A stretch of DNA of 64,000 nucleotides from Dicyema japonicum (GCA_011109175.1 RDEW01000048.1:333445-397444), one strand, 5' to 3'; positions 26,004-39,800 are shown, numbered from the stretch's first letter. Numbers and translations are program-made. The notes: generated by a model from the letters alone, not told the origin.

Positions 26004-27017
26004 ATGGAGCACGATGATTGTGGTGGTTACTTTATAATTATTAGCAAAGATGAAATAAAAGATAATATAAACATTTTGAAGACTCAGTATGACAACACTC
26101 GAAATAAAACACGAAAAAGAGAATTATTCAAACAAATACAGCAAATAAAGCGAACCAACAAACTTAAAAGTCGACACTCAAAGAACAAATCATCGAAGAA
26201 GACGCCAATCACAATAGAAAACAGTCGTCCATCAGATCCAACTACAGTCATCTCACAGGATACTGAGGTTGTGTCCTATAAATTAGATAGACAAGAGCTG
26301 ACTTAGACTGTGACGAACTGTCGTCTTACTTTGAGGGGTCAGTAACTCCCAAAGTGATAATAACAACCCAACGTAAAAAAGTGGAGAGAGTGTCCCCCTT
26401 CTGTGAGGAATTGGGTCGACTAATCCCCAACTCGCTTGTATTGGTGAGGAGACGGATGGATATTGGTAATCTGACAGAGCAGGCCATAGCCAATGATTTA
26501 CAGCAATAATAGTGGTTAATCAAGACAGAAAAGTGCCCAGTTAGTGTGTATTTTAATTATTAGACGGAATGATAATATCCCATCTACCAGAGGGTCCCAC
26601 AGCCAAGTTCAGACTGTCGGGGGTTAAACTGAGGAGTGGTATAAAGAATAGAGCAAAGATGAGTAGTGGATATCCAGAGATACTGTTATCTAACTTTACA
26701 ACACGATTGGGGACTAGTATAGCACGTGTGTTGGGTGCTGTGTTTAACCAATCTCCTGATTTCCGTAAGCGTAGAGTGGTGACTTGGAGGAATCAGAGGG
26801 ATTTTATATTCTTTAGACAGCACAGGTGGTTGTGTGTTGTGATTGTAGATATATGTTTGTTAGTAAAGACAGAGTGGCCTTACAGGAAGTGGGACCTCAG
26901 TTTACCTTAAAACTATGTTCATTACAGAAGGGTGTGTTTGGTGACCCTAAGGAATATATTTGGATATATAAAAGACATGAAATGGAGACTGCACATAGAA
27001 AACGATTTTATTTGTAA
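26004..27017 (+). CDS. RPF1: Ribosome production factor 1 (Brix domain)
   Basis: [16 protein letters not shown]...[81 protein letters not shown]. Tiny introns; one T missing at 26497-26499. Confidence 0.92.
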
Positions 27018-27129
27018 TATGTACATGATTTATATGTTTTGTAACGGTGATTGTCTTTTAGGTAATTTAATTGTCACATCCTATAGACGTGTCCATTATT
27101 TATATATACACCCCACAAAACATAACATT

Positions 27130-27990
27130 TTTATTCAATAGTTTGGGGATTATTAAAATTCTTGATTCTTTTGCAGTTTTATCCCCTCTAGCTTCAAAGT
27201 CTCATCTGAACGTATGTATCATCCATTTTGGTCCTCAGATAAAACTCTCGATCCGTTCCACTACAACACTCATTACTGAATTAATCAGCGCTTCCTACTC
27301 TTCTTCTAGTGCTTCTTCACCTCTTTTACGAAGGGCCAGCTTGATTCCCATCCTCCACGTCTTATCCAGAAGATCGATTATTGTCTCTTTCTTGGGCGAA
27401 AAATATCATCCTCCAGATCTGTAGATGAGAGAGGTGAGAATAATTCCTTCAAAAATAAAGATAAACGTCTCCTTCAAATCGAGTTTCCATAGACACAGAA
27501 GTGATTGGTAAGCCTTTTTTTCCCATTTTGGCACCTTCAACATAATCCCCTTAAAACAGACACTCAAATAACCCAACATTGCTGATACCACTCACTCCTA
27601 CTTTGAGACTTTCTCCAAATAGACAATCTGGGCCCACCTATAGTTTTAACTATATCCATTCCAAGAGCTTATTTCTGCACTTAATAATGGTTTGTTTCAC
27701 CTCTTCCTTAGTAATAATAACCATGTCCCAACGTGCTCGTCCAGGATTTTCATACTCTAAAGAGATTTTTCGGGCACCAGATCCTTAGGATCAATCCCTT
27801 GAATTCTCTCGAACTGCTCCCGAAAAGAACATAAATGGAAAAATAATTAGGAACATCGGCTTTAGTGATAACACTACAATTGGACCTTTTCAAAGTAACA
27901 ACGTCTGATTTAAATCCAGGAACTACAAGCCTCCGACAAGACTTCCAGAATGTTGGGCTATTGTTACCCAACCTTCCTGTCTCAGTCCTC
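27130..27990 (-). CDS. Unidentified probable host gene, convergent with RPF1
   Basis: Patchwork of open frames (FREQFERIQGIDPKDL, ISLEYENPGRARWDM, GLPITSVSMETRFEGDVYLYF) with host-gene-like purine-rich composition and GT-AG candidates. Exon structure not resolved. Confidence 0.35.
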
Positions 27991-28039
27991 CATTTTTATT
28001 GACTTTTTTAAATAAGAAATCTATAATCCTCTGAGTAAC

Positions 28040-28700
28040 TCGTATTCTTCTGTTTAGAAATCCTCGATCCACACAATCCAGACACCTTCTTAGTTTTGCC
28101 TGAATGCGATTTCGTTCTGAAATTTCCAGTTTGATATGGTAGGGACAGAGAAAACAAATTTAGCAAAAATATTTAGATACTCCACCATTGCAATCACAAT
28201 ATTTGCGCTTAGTCCACATCACCTTCCAACATAACGTCGATGAAAAACATATCCGTCATGAAAGTCCTGTAATGACTCCAATTGACATAATCAAATTTCA
28301 TAAAACCCCCGCAATACAAGGCCGACTTTAAATTAACATACAAGACTTGAAGAATGGTCGCCTCCGATATTTCATCCACATGCGCAATAGGAGGTGAAGA
28401 GACCAGAAAAGGAGTTTATCACAACCAGTGTATAAATAATGATTTGGTTTTTTGGATGTCAAAACCTCGAAGCCAAGAGAGTTAGATCAATGCCTCAAGC
28501 TTCGTCCATCTTTATTTGTTGAATCACACCCAAAAGCACATGTTTAGAATTAAGATCTCCAAGCCAAGTAGATTTCGGGCCACTTCACAAATAAGAAAGT
28601 TATATAATAAAGCCATTCCTTAAATTATCATGTCCCTATTACAGCACTCAGAACAAATATACATAAACTTTATGATCTCCATTGAATTACAGAAAACATT
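28040..28700 (-). mobile_element. Possible piggyBac-like transposase relic
   Basis: GGFMKFD...YR...FFIDV (cf. GGVD..D...Y...FF.D), then a Cys-rich CDC...C*IC..CPYH tail; stops present. Confidence 0.35.
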
Positions 28701-29049
28701 TTTAAACAAATAATTATTGATTAAAGTAAAGAGAAAATAATATTAAATAAATTTTTTTTTATACAAAAATTTTTTTTAACAATTAAACAAATGTCAGTTG
28801 AGGAAGCCTGCTGCGTGGATTGCGAACGAGTTCCCTCGGAGTATAGCTATTCCAATCTTTTGTCTTAGCCATAACCCTTCTCGTTGATCCCTTTTCTTTC
28901 TGGTATTAAATAAATTGTGAAATCAGTTATTCAGTGCATTCGAATGTTATAACTAGGGCAAACATTTTTTAAATTTAAAATTAAAAAATTTAACTTTACT
29001 CTCAATTTAAACTTGTAAAATATAGATACGATAGAACAATAAAAGACAA

Positions 29050-29560
29050 ATGATTTTAAAAGACTATTTATTGAAAATGGACACTACGTAATTTTCCAGA
29101 TTTCGTGTACAAAAGTTTCTGTTTGTCCTCAAAAAACTCAGGAGAGACATTTTTACATTCCATATTAATAATTTTAGTTAGGTCGCTTTCCAAAATTCTC
29201 TTCTCCAAATATTGTTTGACCCCTGTTTCATCTTTCCCAAAATCTATTGCACTAAACGTCGAATATGCGTAAGATAAGAACAACCTGGAGTATGAGAATA
29301 GTTAGGCGAAATAGCGCATAAGTTCTGTACTATTTTTTTCACTTTTTAATGCATTCTTCGTAAAAGTCCTCAATTAACTCAAAAATGTTAATCACGGATT
29401 AAATTTTTTGAATAAAAAGATGCAGCCTTCAACCAGTTGCCCAATCTCGTCAATACGACTTTGGGAGGAATTCCAACTTCAGAAACAACAATTTCCGCTT
29501 TGGTTCTTCCTAATATAAGCTTGTACGCCTTATTCACCGAGCTGCCCCTTCTATTCAAAT
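29050..29560 (-). mobile_element. hAT/CGGBP1-like transposase relic
   Basis: PPKVVLTRLGNWLKAASFY matches the P..V.TRWG.WL.AA.YY motif. Confidence 0.45.
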
Positions 29561-29569
29561 ACTATCGAA

Positions 29570-29750
29570 TTATCTACAATCATACAGAAATTTTGAGCCG
29601 ATGCCATGTCCAATGAGAAGAGCTGTTCAGGATTCTCGACCCCGCCGGACTCGTTCTCATCTTTGTCGGTCTGGGATCACTTAGTTAGATGAGAACTTTT
29701 ATTTCTTTCTCTTTGACCCAGTGATCCTGGGGGGTAATAATAATAATAAT
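29570..29750 (+). mobile_element. 3' end of the (TAA)n-tailed LINE family (copy 2)
   Basis: Nearly identical, in inverted orientation, to 31175-31350; ends GGTAATAATAATAATAAT. Confidence 0.85.
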
Positions 29751-30199
29751 ATCACAACATCTACTTCTGGACAAGATTTTCTGACCTACATGGGCAACGA
29801 AATTGAAAAGATTAGGATATAAATTTTAAAAAATTTTCCCAGCTAGATCATAGATGAATTAAAATAATACCGACTGTCATAAACCTTGCAGCATAAGAAA
29901 TAAAAGATCAATGAACAAAGGCATTTATAATTTATTAAGCGGAATGTCACATTTCAAAAGAGCCTTAGTCACCTTAAAATCCCAGTTTCCAACTTCAGAT
30001 TCATTTAATTTTTGTTGACTAAATGTTGTCAAACGAAAAATCTTTACCAACAGAAATTTTATGTTTCTTGGACGACCTGTGAAGGTTGACAAAGTGCTTT
30101 TTAGAGCACTTCACTGTCGTTAAGCATATTTTACAACATAACTCGTGGTTATTATGTAATTGAAATTCTCTTGGAAATTCGTTAACAAGTGATCTCCTT

Positions 30200-31130
30200 G
30201 ATTAATGCCGACCTGCCATATCCCCTGGTGTAGTTATGGTGGTGTTTAAGTATAGATAGTGATCTCGCATCCAAGATAGTGCAGTTTACATAAACGACTA
30301 CTTTGTCCATGGAAGTAGTGCCATCCAGGTACTGCAGTAGGTTGTCAGTAATTGTGCGGTAAAGTCTCCAGTCTGCGCGTTTGTAGTTGAATTGTTCTGG
30401 GGACCTCCTCCTAGTTAAAGTTTATCTTCAAAAGAATGTCATTGTGGTCGCTTCTTGAATTGTAAGTGACCAAGTCGATAATGCCTCCAGGCCGTGAGAC
30501 CAAATCGTGATGTCTGGAGAAGTTAATTAATCTGACTTCCTGAAAGGGGTTCTCGTATGTTTTGACGGGTCATTTATAATCGTGGTAGGTCCTGTCTGCG
30601 ATAGTAATACTTTTATTTTTGAATCGGACGGTTGACTTGTCAGCCATAGAGGGTGTTCTGCGTTGATATCTCCACCAATGATCACGTCGTTCAAGGAAAC
30701 CAAAGTGGCTAAATTGGGCATAGCGTAATACTTTGGGCAAGAACCAGGTGGGGGAACATAGACGTTCACAAAGGAAATTTTTCCATTTGTTGTTCCAAAT
30801 GAGACTGCATTAACTTCAGTAACATTGTCATCTCCCAAGATATTCTTCGCTACTGAAGTGATGTCCACAGATTTAAGGTCTTTCCGATGTAAAATGAGTA
30901 AGCCACCCAGCTTCCTCTCCCGGTAAGTCCGTATTGACTTGCATCCAGGGAACATCGGGGTAGGACTGTTTATAGGCAGTTTTGTCTCTTGAATAAAAGC
31001 CACATCGATCCTCAGCTCCGTCAAGAGAGAGCACAGTTCCAATATTTTGCCCTTTATTTTATTGACATTTAGTTCTAGAACCGTGGTCCGTTTCTTGCAG
31101 TGGACTAGAGGTTTTTTCCAGGTGGATGAA
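30200..31130 (-). mobile_element. APE-domain 5' part of a LINE related to 2810-5690
   Basis: LELNVN, VAFIQETKL, NVYVPPPGSCPKYY, GGDINAEHPLW, NDPSKHTR. Confidence 0.88.
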
Positions 31131-31174
31131 GCTGAAAGCGCGTGCTGCCGGGGAAACAGTATTCTCGGAGGTAA

Positions 31175-32235
31175 ATTATTATTATTACCTCCAGGATCAC
31201 TGGGTCAAAGTGAAAGAAATAAAAAGTTCTCATCTAACTAAGTGATCCCAGACCGACAAGGAAGAGGACAAGTCCGGTGGGGGCAAGAATCCTGAACAGC
31301 TCTTCTCATCGGACATGACATCGGCTCAAAATTTCTGTATGATTGTAGATATTTCAATGGTTCAGGTCGGATAAATTGTTCATAAATCGTGGCAAGGCCA
31401 CCAGTTTGGTCTCTAAGTGTTTTTGAGAGCACTTTTAAAATTCTCATTTTCCTCAGAACAGAAGTTACTATCAACATGTAGGATGAAGGTGAGTCCCTGA
31501 TCAAAGGTGACTCCCAGAATCTTCGGTGTTTTGCTAATAGGAATAGCCTCGTTCTTAATAAGATTTTTGGTTCGACACAGAGCTGTCTTTTGTAGGTGGT
31601 AAACAGCGTGACAGAGGACTTTGTTGATGATGTGTCAAGTCTCCGCTTCGAGAGCCATAGTTCCAGCTTGTCAAGCATTTGTTGAGCGGACTGGGTCGCT
31701 GATTGAATGCTTCTGTCCTTAGAGGAAATAATGATATCGTCGGCATAGAGGAGTAGGCAGTTTTCATTACAAATTTGTAGAATATCGTTTATGTAGAGAT
31801 TGAAAAAGGCTGGCGATAGTGGGGATCCTTGAGGGATTCCATTTGGTATGAGACGGGATTTTGACTTTATGTTATTGCAAATCACTTGTCCACGTCTCCC
31901 ACTTAAGAAGTTGGCAATCCATAGTTTTATGTTTGGGTGGATGCATGTATCGTAATTTTTCTCAGTAAGGAGTTTTCTTGAGACTGTGTCAAAAGCCTTT
32001 GTTATATCAACAGAGACCAAGACTGTTCGTTGGTGTGGTTTAGTAGAATTGAATCCCTCCGCAATGAACTGGCACAGGGACGTTAGGTATGTTGCTGTGG
32101 AGTGTTTAGCCCGGAATTCATGTTGGAAAGGAGAGAGCTGGATGTAGTCTTAGATATTTTCAAGACCTAATCTTTCGAGTATTTGGGAAAGTGAACATAG
32201 GATCGAGATTGGTCTGTAGGAAGAGGGGTCATTTT
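31175..32235 (-). mobile_element. 5'-truncated (TAA)n-tailed LINE, RT half (copy 3)
   Basis: SYRPISIL, QHEFRAKHST, SVDITKAFDTV, NFLSGR, GIPQGSPLSPAFFN, LLYADD, ...SGIT-stop and a TAA tail. Confidence 0.9.
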
Positions 32236-32410
32236 CGGATTTTCTTGGGAACCACATAACAGGACAATAAATAATAATTATCTGTTTCAATTTAATATGT
32301 TTATAGTGTTGTTGATGTAGTAAATGTTAGTTCAATATATGTTTTATAAATATGTAATATTAAATTATAAATTTAAATTGATTAATATAAATAATTAAAT
32401 TTGTGATTCA

Positions 32411-33679
32411 ATGCGACACCACACAGACAGTGAACATGAGACTGACGAAGAAGTACAACAACCACCAACAAAGGTAGTAGCCGATTCAATTGATGGATAT
32501 GAATGGGATGATAACAGAGGAGGGTGGTTCCCTAAGGTAGTTATTACCTCACAATCAGATTGATGAAGATTTTATTGCTGTTTATCAAATGAATTATGGT
32601 AACTACCAGGAGCCTCCAATCACTAACTCCCAACCTATTGAAGGGAACAAGCAGCCTATCACACCAGCACACGTGGATGACACTAAAGAAATAACAAAAT
32701 TTGAGGGGAATGCTAAGAAAAAGTCAGATGGTTTTATAAATTATTAACTACAGATTGGTTTGAATTGGATGACAAACATAACAAAAGTGTTTATGTGAGT
32801 AATCTCCCTAAAAATATAACAATGCCAGAATATGAGGAATTGATGAAGAAATTCGGTATCATTGAGAAGGATATGTTAACATACAAGCTTAAACTGAAAT
32901 TATACACTGATCAGGATGGTAATATTAAGGGAGATGGTCTTTGCACTTATATAAAGGTACATAATAACAATTTTGCCCGCCATTATATTATATGTATTGG
33001 TTAACCACACTAGAATAATGTTAATATTATAGATGGAGTCAGTTAAAATTTGGCTTTAAATATATTGGATGGGAGTAATGTTGATGGAAATATTATCAAA
33101 GTTGAGAAGGCTCGATTTGAAAGGAAGGAAGGATTCGATATCTCAAAGAGACCTCGTAAGATAAGCAAGAAGGAGAAAAAAAGCATGAGAATAAAGCAAG
33201 AAAAGTATTATTGTAGTAAATGGGAGATTATTAGATTGGAGACCAGATAAGGACAAATTCACTCGCCCTAAACACGAGAAGACAGTGGTTGTCTCCAATG
33301 CCTTTGATATTGAGGATTTTAATGTTTTAGTATTTATTAAGATTAAAGAAATCCCCGAATTGATTTTGGAGATTAAAGAAAGGTTGATGAATATATTTTG
33401 TAAATTTGGGGATGTTAGGAAGGTCGTGGTTTATGATGTGAGTGTATTTGTATTAAACAGTAGAGGAACCCCCGTGGCATTGGGACAGTGAGCTTTATAG
33501 ATGTGAGTGGTGCTGATTTGTCAGTGAAAATGATGAATAATAATGTATTTGAGGGAAGGACTGTGAATGTGTCACTTTGGAATGGTCGGGATAAGTTTTA
33601 TGTGGCGGAGACAAAGGAGGAAGAAGAGAGGAGGCTTAGTGAATGGAATAAGTTCCTTGAAGGAGAGAATGACCAATGA
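32411..33679 (+). CDS. HTATSF1: HIV Tat-specific factor 1 / CUS2 homolog (two RRM/UHM domains)
   Basis: YEWDDNRGGWFPK|IDEDFIAVYQMNYG, VYVSNLP, KLYTDQDGNIKGDGLCTYIK, VEKARFE, KFGDVRKVVVYD|RNPRG, VSLWNG. One frame correction near 33048; one 76-nt intron (32957-33032). Confidence 0.92.
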
Positions 33680-33779
33680 TATATATTATATAAATGGAGG
33701 TTATTATAGTTACAATTTTATAATTAATATTTCTGTTTTTTCCTCACTACTAAAGGTCATATTGAGTTTTTTATACACC

Positions 33780-34650
33780 TTAATTTTACAAAATAACTTT
33801 CGCCGAGGAGTAGTATTGAATCCGAAACAGTAGAGAGGAACAATTTTCTCCACCTCTTTTCTAAAGGTGCCAGGCATCAAAGATTGTAAGCCTGGGGTTA
33901 ATATCCAAATTTTTTGAGGAAGATCTGGGACTTGCTGCTTATCTTTCCGGTTGTCTCGACAGCAATTGCGCAGAAGGTATATCGATCGAGAGTCCTCTAT
34001 ACTTTTTTCCATTATCTCTCTTTGCTTTCTCTGCGATTGACAGTGCCTTTACCGTGCTCCTGAAAATACTAGTGGTTGAGAGTCGACACATGTTGCATCC
34101 CACAATAACGGTTTCCTCTCTTTGAACGTCAAGATCGTTACTCTGTCCTATCATTTTCGTCTCCCTTGTCCAGGCGAGTGGGCTCCAGTATGGATCTTTC
34201 ATAATTTCATTCAAAAAAGTGTGCAGCGAATTTTTCTGCACTTCTTCAGGAGAGGACGTGAAGTTCGTATCAAAGATAGTCTTTCTGTTTAATCGAGGTT
34301 TATGATTATTGCAACTTTTTTGGCGGCCAAGTTTCTGCATACTCTTTTTCATTGGTCGATGATTCTGTAGGATGAAGAATCATTTTGACCATCAGTTGAC
34401 TGGGTGTAGAGAGGATAGAATGCTATATCTATCGGGGAAAAATCCCAAGACTTCCGAAGCAGACATGTAGGATTGCCAGCCTTGATTGTCGAACTTGACT
34501 TTGGGTAGCAGACGGAAAAGTGAATTCATCGATTCGATCTAATTTATCCTCAAGAAACAAGGTGTACCACGAAGTACTGGTACAGTTGAGATGTTATCAT
34601 GATATTCTTCAGAAGGAAAAGGTACATATGTACACCTAGCATTTCCAGCC
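33780..34650 (-). mobile_element. Degenerate RLE-type non-LTR retrotransposon 3' relic
   Basis: GKKYRGL and RYTFCAIAVETTGKISSKSQIFLKKFG match the RLE C-terminal motifs seen in the CRE-like element. Confidence 0.5.
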
Positions 34651-34773
34651 GCGTGTTTTTAGTTATTTACCCCTGGTCCCTTCAAGTGAAAAAAACCAGT
34701 GGCTAACAAAAGCAAGAGAAGACGCTCTCAGAGATCTGACATGTGTATATTTGGTTCTATAGAGAACTAGTAA

Positions 34774-35088
34774 ATGGACCCGGACAAAAGAAAAGGTGAT
34801 CCGTCTTCTTGTATTCAAGAAAGCACGATGGGTATAGTGGAGAGGACGATTGTCCAATCCTCTACTGATATGAATGTAAATTCAAGTGATGACCACAACG
34901 TATGGCAACAAGTGGACGTGAACTTCCCGAGACAGAGAAGCTTCGCTTCCGTCAACAATAGGTGGAATATGCTCAATAAGTTTGTTTATAACAAGGATTC
35001 TGATGGCTTTATTGGATTTCCAGTCATGGATTGTTTTCTGACTGAAATGGGATGGTTTGTAGAAACCGAATTTGATTACCAATATTAA
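34774..35088 (+). other. 104-aa ORF of unknown nature
   Basis: ATG-started open frame; no recognisable motif. Confidence 0.2.
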
Positions 35089-35392
35089 GAATAATTCTCC
35101 TTTTGTTTGTGAAGACCCAAAGCCAGTGAGCTGGGTGTCCTAGCGTTTTACACTTTTTTAGGAATTGTAGACTGAGCATCTTGAAATGGTCTCTAATTGG
35201 GAGAATAAATTCTGTTTTCTACACATAACGTTTAAATCTTTCGCCTTTTACTAACGATTTCCGTGTGTAGTGTGTTTTTCTCTTGTATTAATAATTTTTT
35301 AATTTATTTATTTTATATTTTAAAAGAATAATAATTTTATATGTGAATTGGATAACCAGAAACAAAATAAATATTCAAATGTTTTAAATGAA

Positions 35393-36448
35393 ATGACAGA
35401 TTTTAGTTCGTTGTCAAACGTATGGAATTGGTTGCTCTACCCTGAAGCGGAATACCCGAATGACCCTGTACACACATAAATATTATTTGCAGATTCAAAT
35501 TCTCAGTCAAATGACTCAATACGCAGTCTACCTAGAACAGTGCATAATAATAGCCAAGAAGAAACTCAAAATAGATTGTCTAAACAAACTGCCTCTCTCA
35601 AAATGTCAAAGTAACATTATAAATCATTTAGGTTTACTAAGAAGGTGCAAACTCCCAATATTCGAATCATCTTTGGTTGGTTAATTCATTAATTAAAGAA
35701 TAATCACACTTACAATGAAAACAATCATTCAACGGTCTCCTCCTTTCAACCAACAACAGAAAGTTATTACATTCCTCCATACCTCACAGATTCTACTACT
35801 GATTCATTCTCACCTTACAATCAAATTTACATGAATTATTTAGTCCATCTAAACCCTTACTCATTCTCCACTGACTTGAATGAAAATTCATTATCTCTTC
35901 ACAATTACACTTCATTGGACAGTCTGTTCTCGTCACACTCCACTAATATGAATATCCCTTCATTTTCTCACCAAAATTCTAATTCAATCGACAGTACTCT
36001 CTTTTCGTCACACTACACTGATTTGAATACCTCTTCATTATCTCCTCATAATTCCACTTCATTGGACAGTTTCTTCTCGTCACACTCCATTGATATGAAT
36101 ACCCCCTCATTTTCTCATCAAAATTCTAATTCAATGGACAGTACTCTCTTTTCGTCACACTACACTGATTTGAATACCTCTTCATTTTCTCTTCAGAATT
36201 CAAATTCAATGGACAGTAATATTTTTTCGTCACACTCCACTGATTTGAATGGTAATTCAGAAATGTTCTCATTAACCTATCCAACTTCATTAGACACTAA
36301 TATTTCACACTCTAATGATTTAAATACTACTTTTGGAGAATTCTTCAAACAAAAACATACAAATATCACACAAATTCAAGCTAATGAAGGTACCCCTACT
36401 TCTACAGAATATCTAACGATAACTACAAGCAGGTTTACTACTCATTAA
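35393..36448 (+). CDS. Orphan protein: helical N-terminal part plus Ser/His/Asn-rich 24-25 aa repeats
   Basis: Introns 35468-35492, 35611-35631 and 35676-35698 (25, 21, 23 nt) join MTDFSSLSNVWNWLLYPE.. to ORF 35460 and ORF 35831 in one frame with no corrections. The true start may be further upstream. Confidence 0.7.
35860..36250 (+). repeat. In-frame coding tandem repeat, 72/75-bp units (~5 copies, 147-bp dimer)
   Basis: TCGTCACACT recurs at 35930, 36005, 36077, 36152 and 36227. Confidence 0.92.
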
Positions 36449-36845
36449 ATTAACAGAGTCTCACTAAATAAAAAAATAAACGGATACATATTATTTTTAA
36501 AAATATTTAAAGAAAAAAAACAAATGGGGGTGATTTCTAAATATAGTAGTGCCAGTATAGAATGGAAGTTAATGATACAATGTGAGAAGAGGTTTTACAA
36601 GTAAGGGTACGTTATGATGGTAGAGAACAAGCGTCGTCAATAATAGGTCAAATTATAGAGAATAACTTGGAGTATCCATATGAATTCTACGTGGAGGACT
36701 ACAATAAAAACACATATATTGTTATCTTTTTTTAACTGTTGTGTTAATGTTATAGTTATTTGTGATTAAATTTAAGTTTTATTTGTTTTAGTTTTTAAAA
36801 TTAATTTTAATAAATAAATTTAAAAAATATTTATAACTAAGCAAA

Positions 36846-39800
36846 ATGTCTTTAAAGCCTCATCATATTTACGGAATAAATTTTTCAATTCGAAATAATA
36901 TATTCTTTTCCGACGAACAAAAGATTGCATTCCCAGGAGGAAATAACATTGTAATCCAAAACAAAGACACCAAAAGTCAGAACATAATTCAATGTTCTGA
37001 GCATTCTACAGGAATGACCGCAGTGGCTTACAGTCCAAATAGGCGGTAAATAAAATAAAACTAAAATAGTTATGTTGCTGTGGCTGAGACATTAGAGAAG
37101 ACTACGATTTGTGTTTACGACTTGGTATTACTACGACGAAAGAAAATGTTACCTACGGTTGAAATGATAAACACTCCTGCAGTTTCCATGGCATTCTCGT
37201 CTGATTCAAAGTACTTGGCTGTTCAGGGTGGGGGACCTGACTGGACGGTGGTTTACTGGCTGTGGGAGAAGGCCAAAGTACTCTCTTCTATAAAGCCTGT
37301 AATGTCAAAAAGCAGTGCAGAAGTGTGCGAGGTTGAAAGGTTGTAAAATATAAGATATCATTCAATCCTGAGGATAATTCACAAATCTGTATAGTAGGAA
37401 TGAACACACTTAAATTTTACCGATATACTGAGGGGATACTACAACTGTTTAGTCCCCAAAAACTGGACTCTTTAAACTGCACTTGTCATGCATGGATTGG
37501 TGAGGACAAAATTGTGGTGGGGACATCAGAAGGGAAACTAATTTTCATAGAAGGTGGTGAAATTAACTCTGAATTGAATCCTTTCGATTCCAACTCGTTA
37601 GTGAGGGAATAATTATAGAGGGGACTGTGCAGTGACAGCCATTTGTGGATATTCTAAGGGAATTCTGTTTGGATATGGAAGCTCGATGGTACTCCATTAT
37701 GAGAAGACAAAGGACAGGGAGTACACATTCAACACAAAAATAGAGGTTTGTAGTTATATTTATGGTTTGATTGAAATTGACGAATTTAACGTTGAAAGTC
37801 ACCTCACTCAACAGATAATCCACTCGCTGGCGGTAAACTCATCAGAGGAAACTCTGGTGTGTTCTACAAACATGGGACAAATATATATGTTTGCACTGGG
37901 GTGTACAGCCATCGATAAGGTAAATTGTAAGCAGCACAGTAGAAAGACGGGAACCATTTTGAGAATATTGGACAATTCAACCACTATGAAGGAGTTAAAG
38001 GGATGGATGTGTGCTTCCAAAAGTCTCTGGTAGTAACGACTGGAAATGACCGGACTGTGGCTGTGAGAAACTACGAGACATAGTATGATGACTAATGAAT
38101 TAGTAATCTTGAATTGGTGAAGGAATTCAATCAGGAAATACATTCAATATCACTCCATCCGTCAGGATTGTACATTCTGGCTGGATTTACTGACAAACTA
38201 AGACTGATGAGTCTGCTTATTGACGATATAAAGACCATCAAAGAATTTCAAGTCAAACTGTGCAAAGAGGTTAATGAGTGTACTAACCCAAACAGTGTCG
38301 CTTCAGTAATGGAGGACACATGTTTGGGGCAACAAACTCAAATTTGATACAAATATACTCAACCATTACTTATGAGAATATTATTAACCTTAAAGGACAT
38401 AATTCACGGATATCATCAATAGAGTGGGGACCTTCTGACCTCAAGTTGTTTTCATGTGGCTCAGATGGAGCTGTTTACGAGTGGGACATCATTTCGGGTT
38501 TTCATAAAATAATGACTTTAAGGGACAAGGGTTAATGAGAATGTCCTCAAACAGTGCAACTACTCAGACCTCACAATATCAAAAGATGGAAAGTACACCT
38601 GTGCTGTTGGATCTGACAAAAAGATTAGAGAGATTTCCAACTCCTCAGTTATATGTAGACTGATTCAGTAGGTTAGAATACAAGTGGACTCTCCGGGTGT
38701 TCCTTTCACATCCATATCAATGTGTGCCTCTAACAAGTATTTGTACTGCGGGACAGTCTCTGGACTGATGACCAGTGTAAAGTTTCCCCTCGTGGCCAAT
38801 CCAGAGTATATGATCTGGTCAGGACACTCAAAATGTGTGACACGTGTATGTGAATATGAGTGATTGTCCCAGATTAGACTGACATATGACGGGTCATCCC
38901 TAATAACAGCATCAGAAGATGGGACTGTGATTGTGTGGAATGTGACTGAGTCAAATAAGCAAACGATAGATTATTCTGATGAGATTCTAATAACAAAGAC
39001 TGACTTAGAGGATAAGGTTTTGAAGGATCACTTATTAGAATGCCAACATATTTGACTTACAGACCAGGGTCGATGAGCTCAAAATGGAGAATGAGTACCA
39101 ACTCAGACTCAAGGATATGTCTTATGGAGAGAAAATAAAAGAACTCACAGACAAGTTCACTGCAGAAATTGAAGAGTTGAAGACGGACTACCTCAAGTCA
39201 TCCACCGATAAAGAGACAGTCGAAAACAGATTTAAGGATCTTATTTCCGTGAATGAGGACAAACACTCCAATGAAATACAGAATATAAGTAAATGAGTGG
39301 TGATTACTGTTAGATGACTCTCACAGCCACAAACTGCTGTTAGAATATGAAAAATATCAGTCTTTACAGTCAAAGTCACAGAAAATGCAAGAAAACTACG
39401 AAAACCAACTTAATATGAAAAATATCGACAAAGAGGGAGCTTTGAAGGATCAGGAGGAGTTTTATGAAGCCAAACTGGAGGATTTGTTCCGACAGTTACA
39501 AAAGGTAAACGAGATTGAACAAGTCAGGCTGAAGGGATAATCAGTTCTCAACAGACTGAGCACGAGGAGATGAGAGATCAGATTGAGGAGGACGCGGATC
39601 AGGAAATATTGGAGTTGAAAAATGACTATGAGAGGAGACTGAGGGAGGAAAGGGAGATCAACCACAAACTAAAGAGTGAGTCTGGGATTATGAAGAAGAA
39701 GGTCAGGAATGTAATTGATTATTAGTTCTCCAGTCTGACTGGGGAGATTGATGATCTTAGAGGAGAGATTAAGACTCTGCAGAATGAGAATGTGAAGCAA

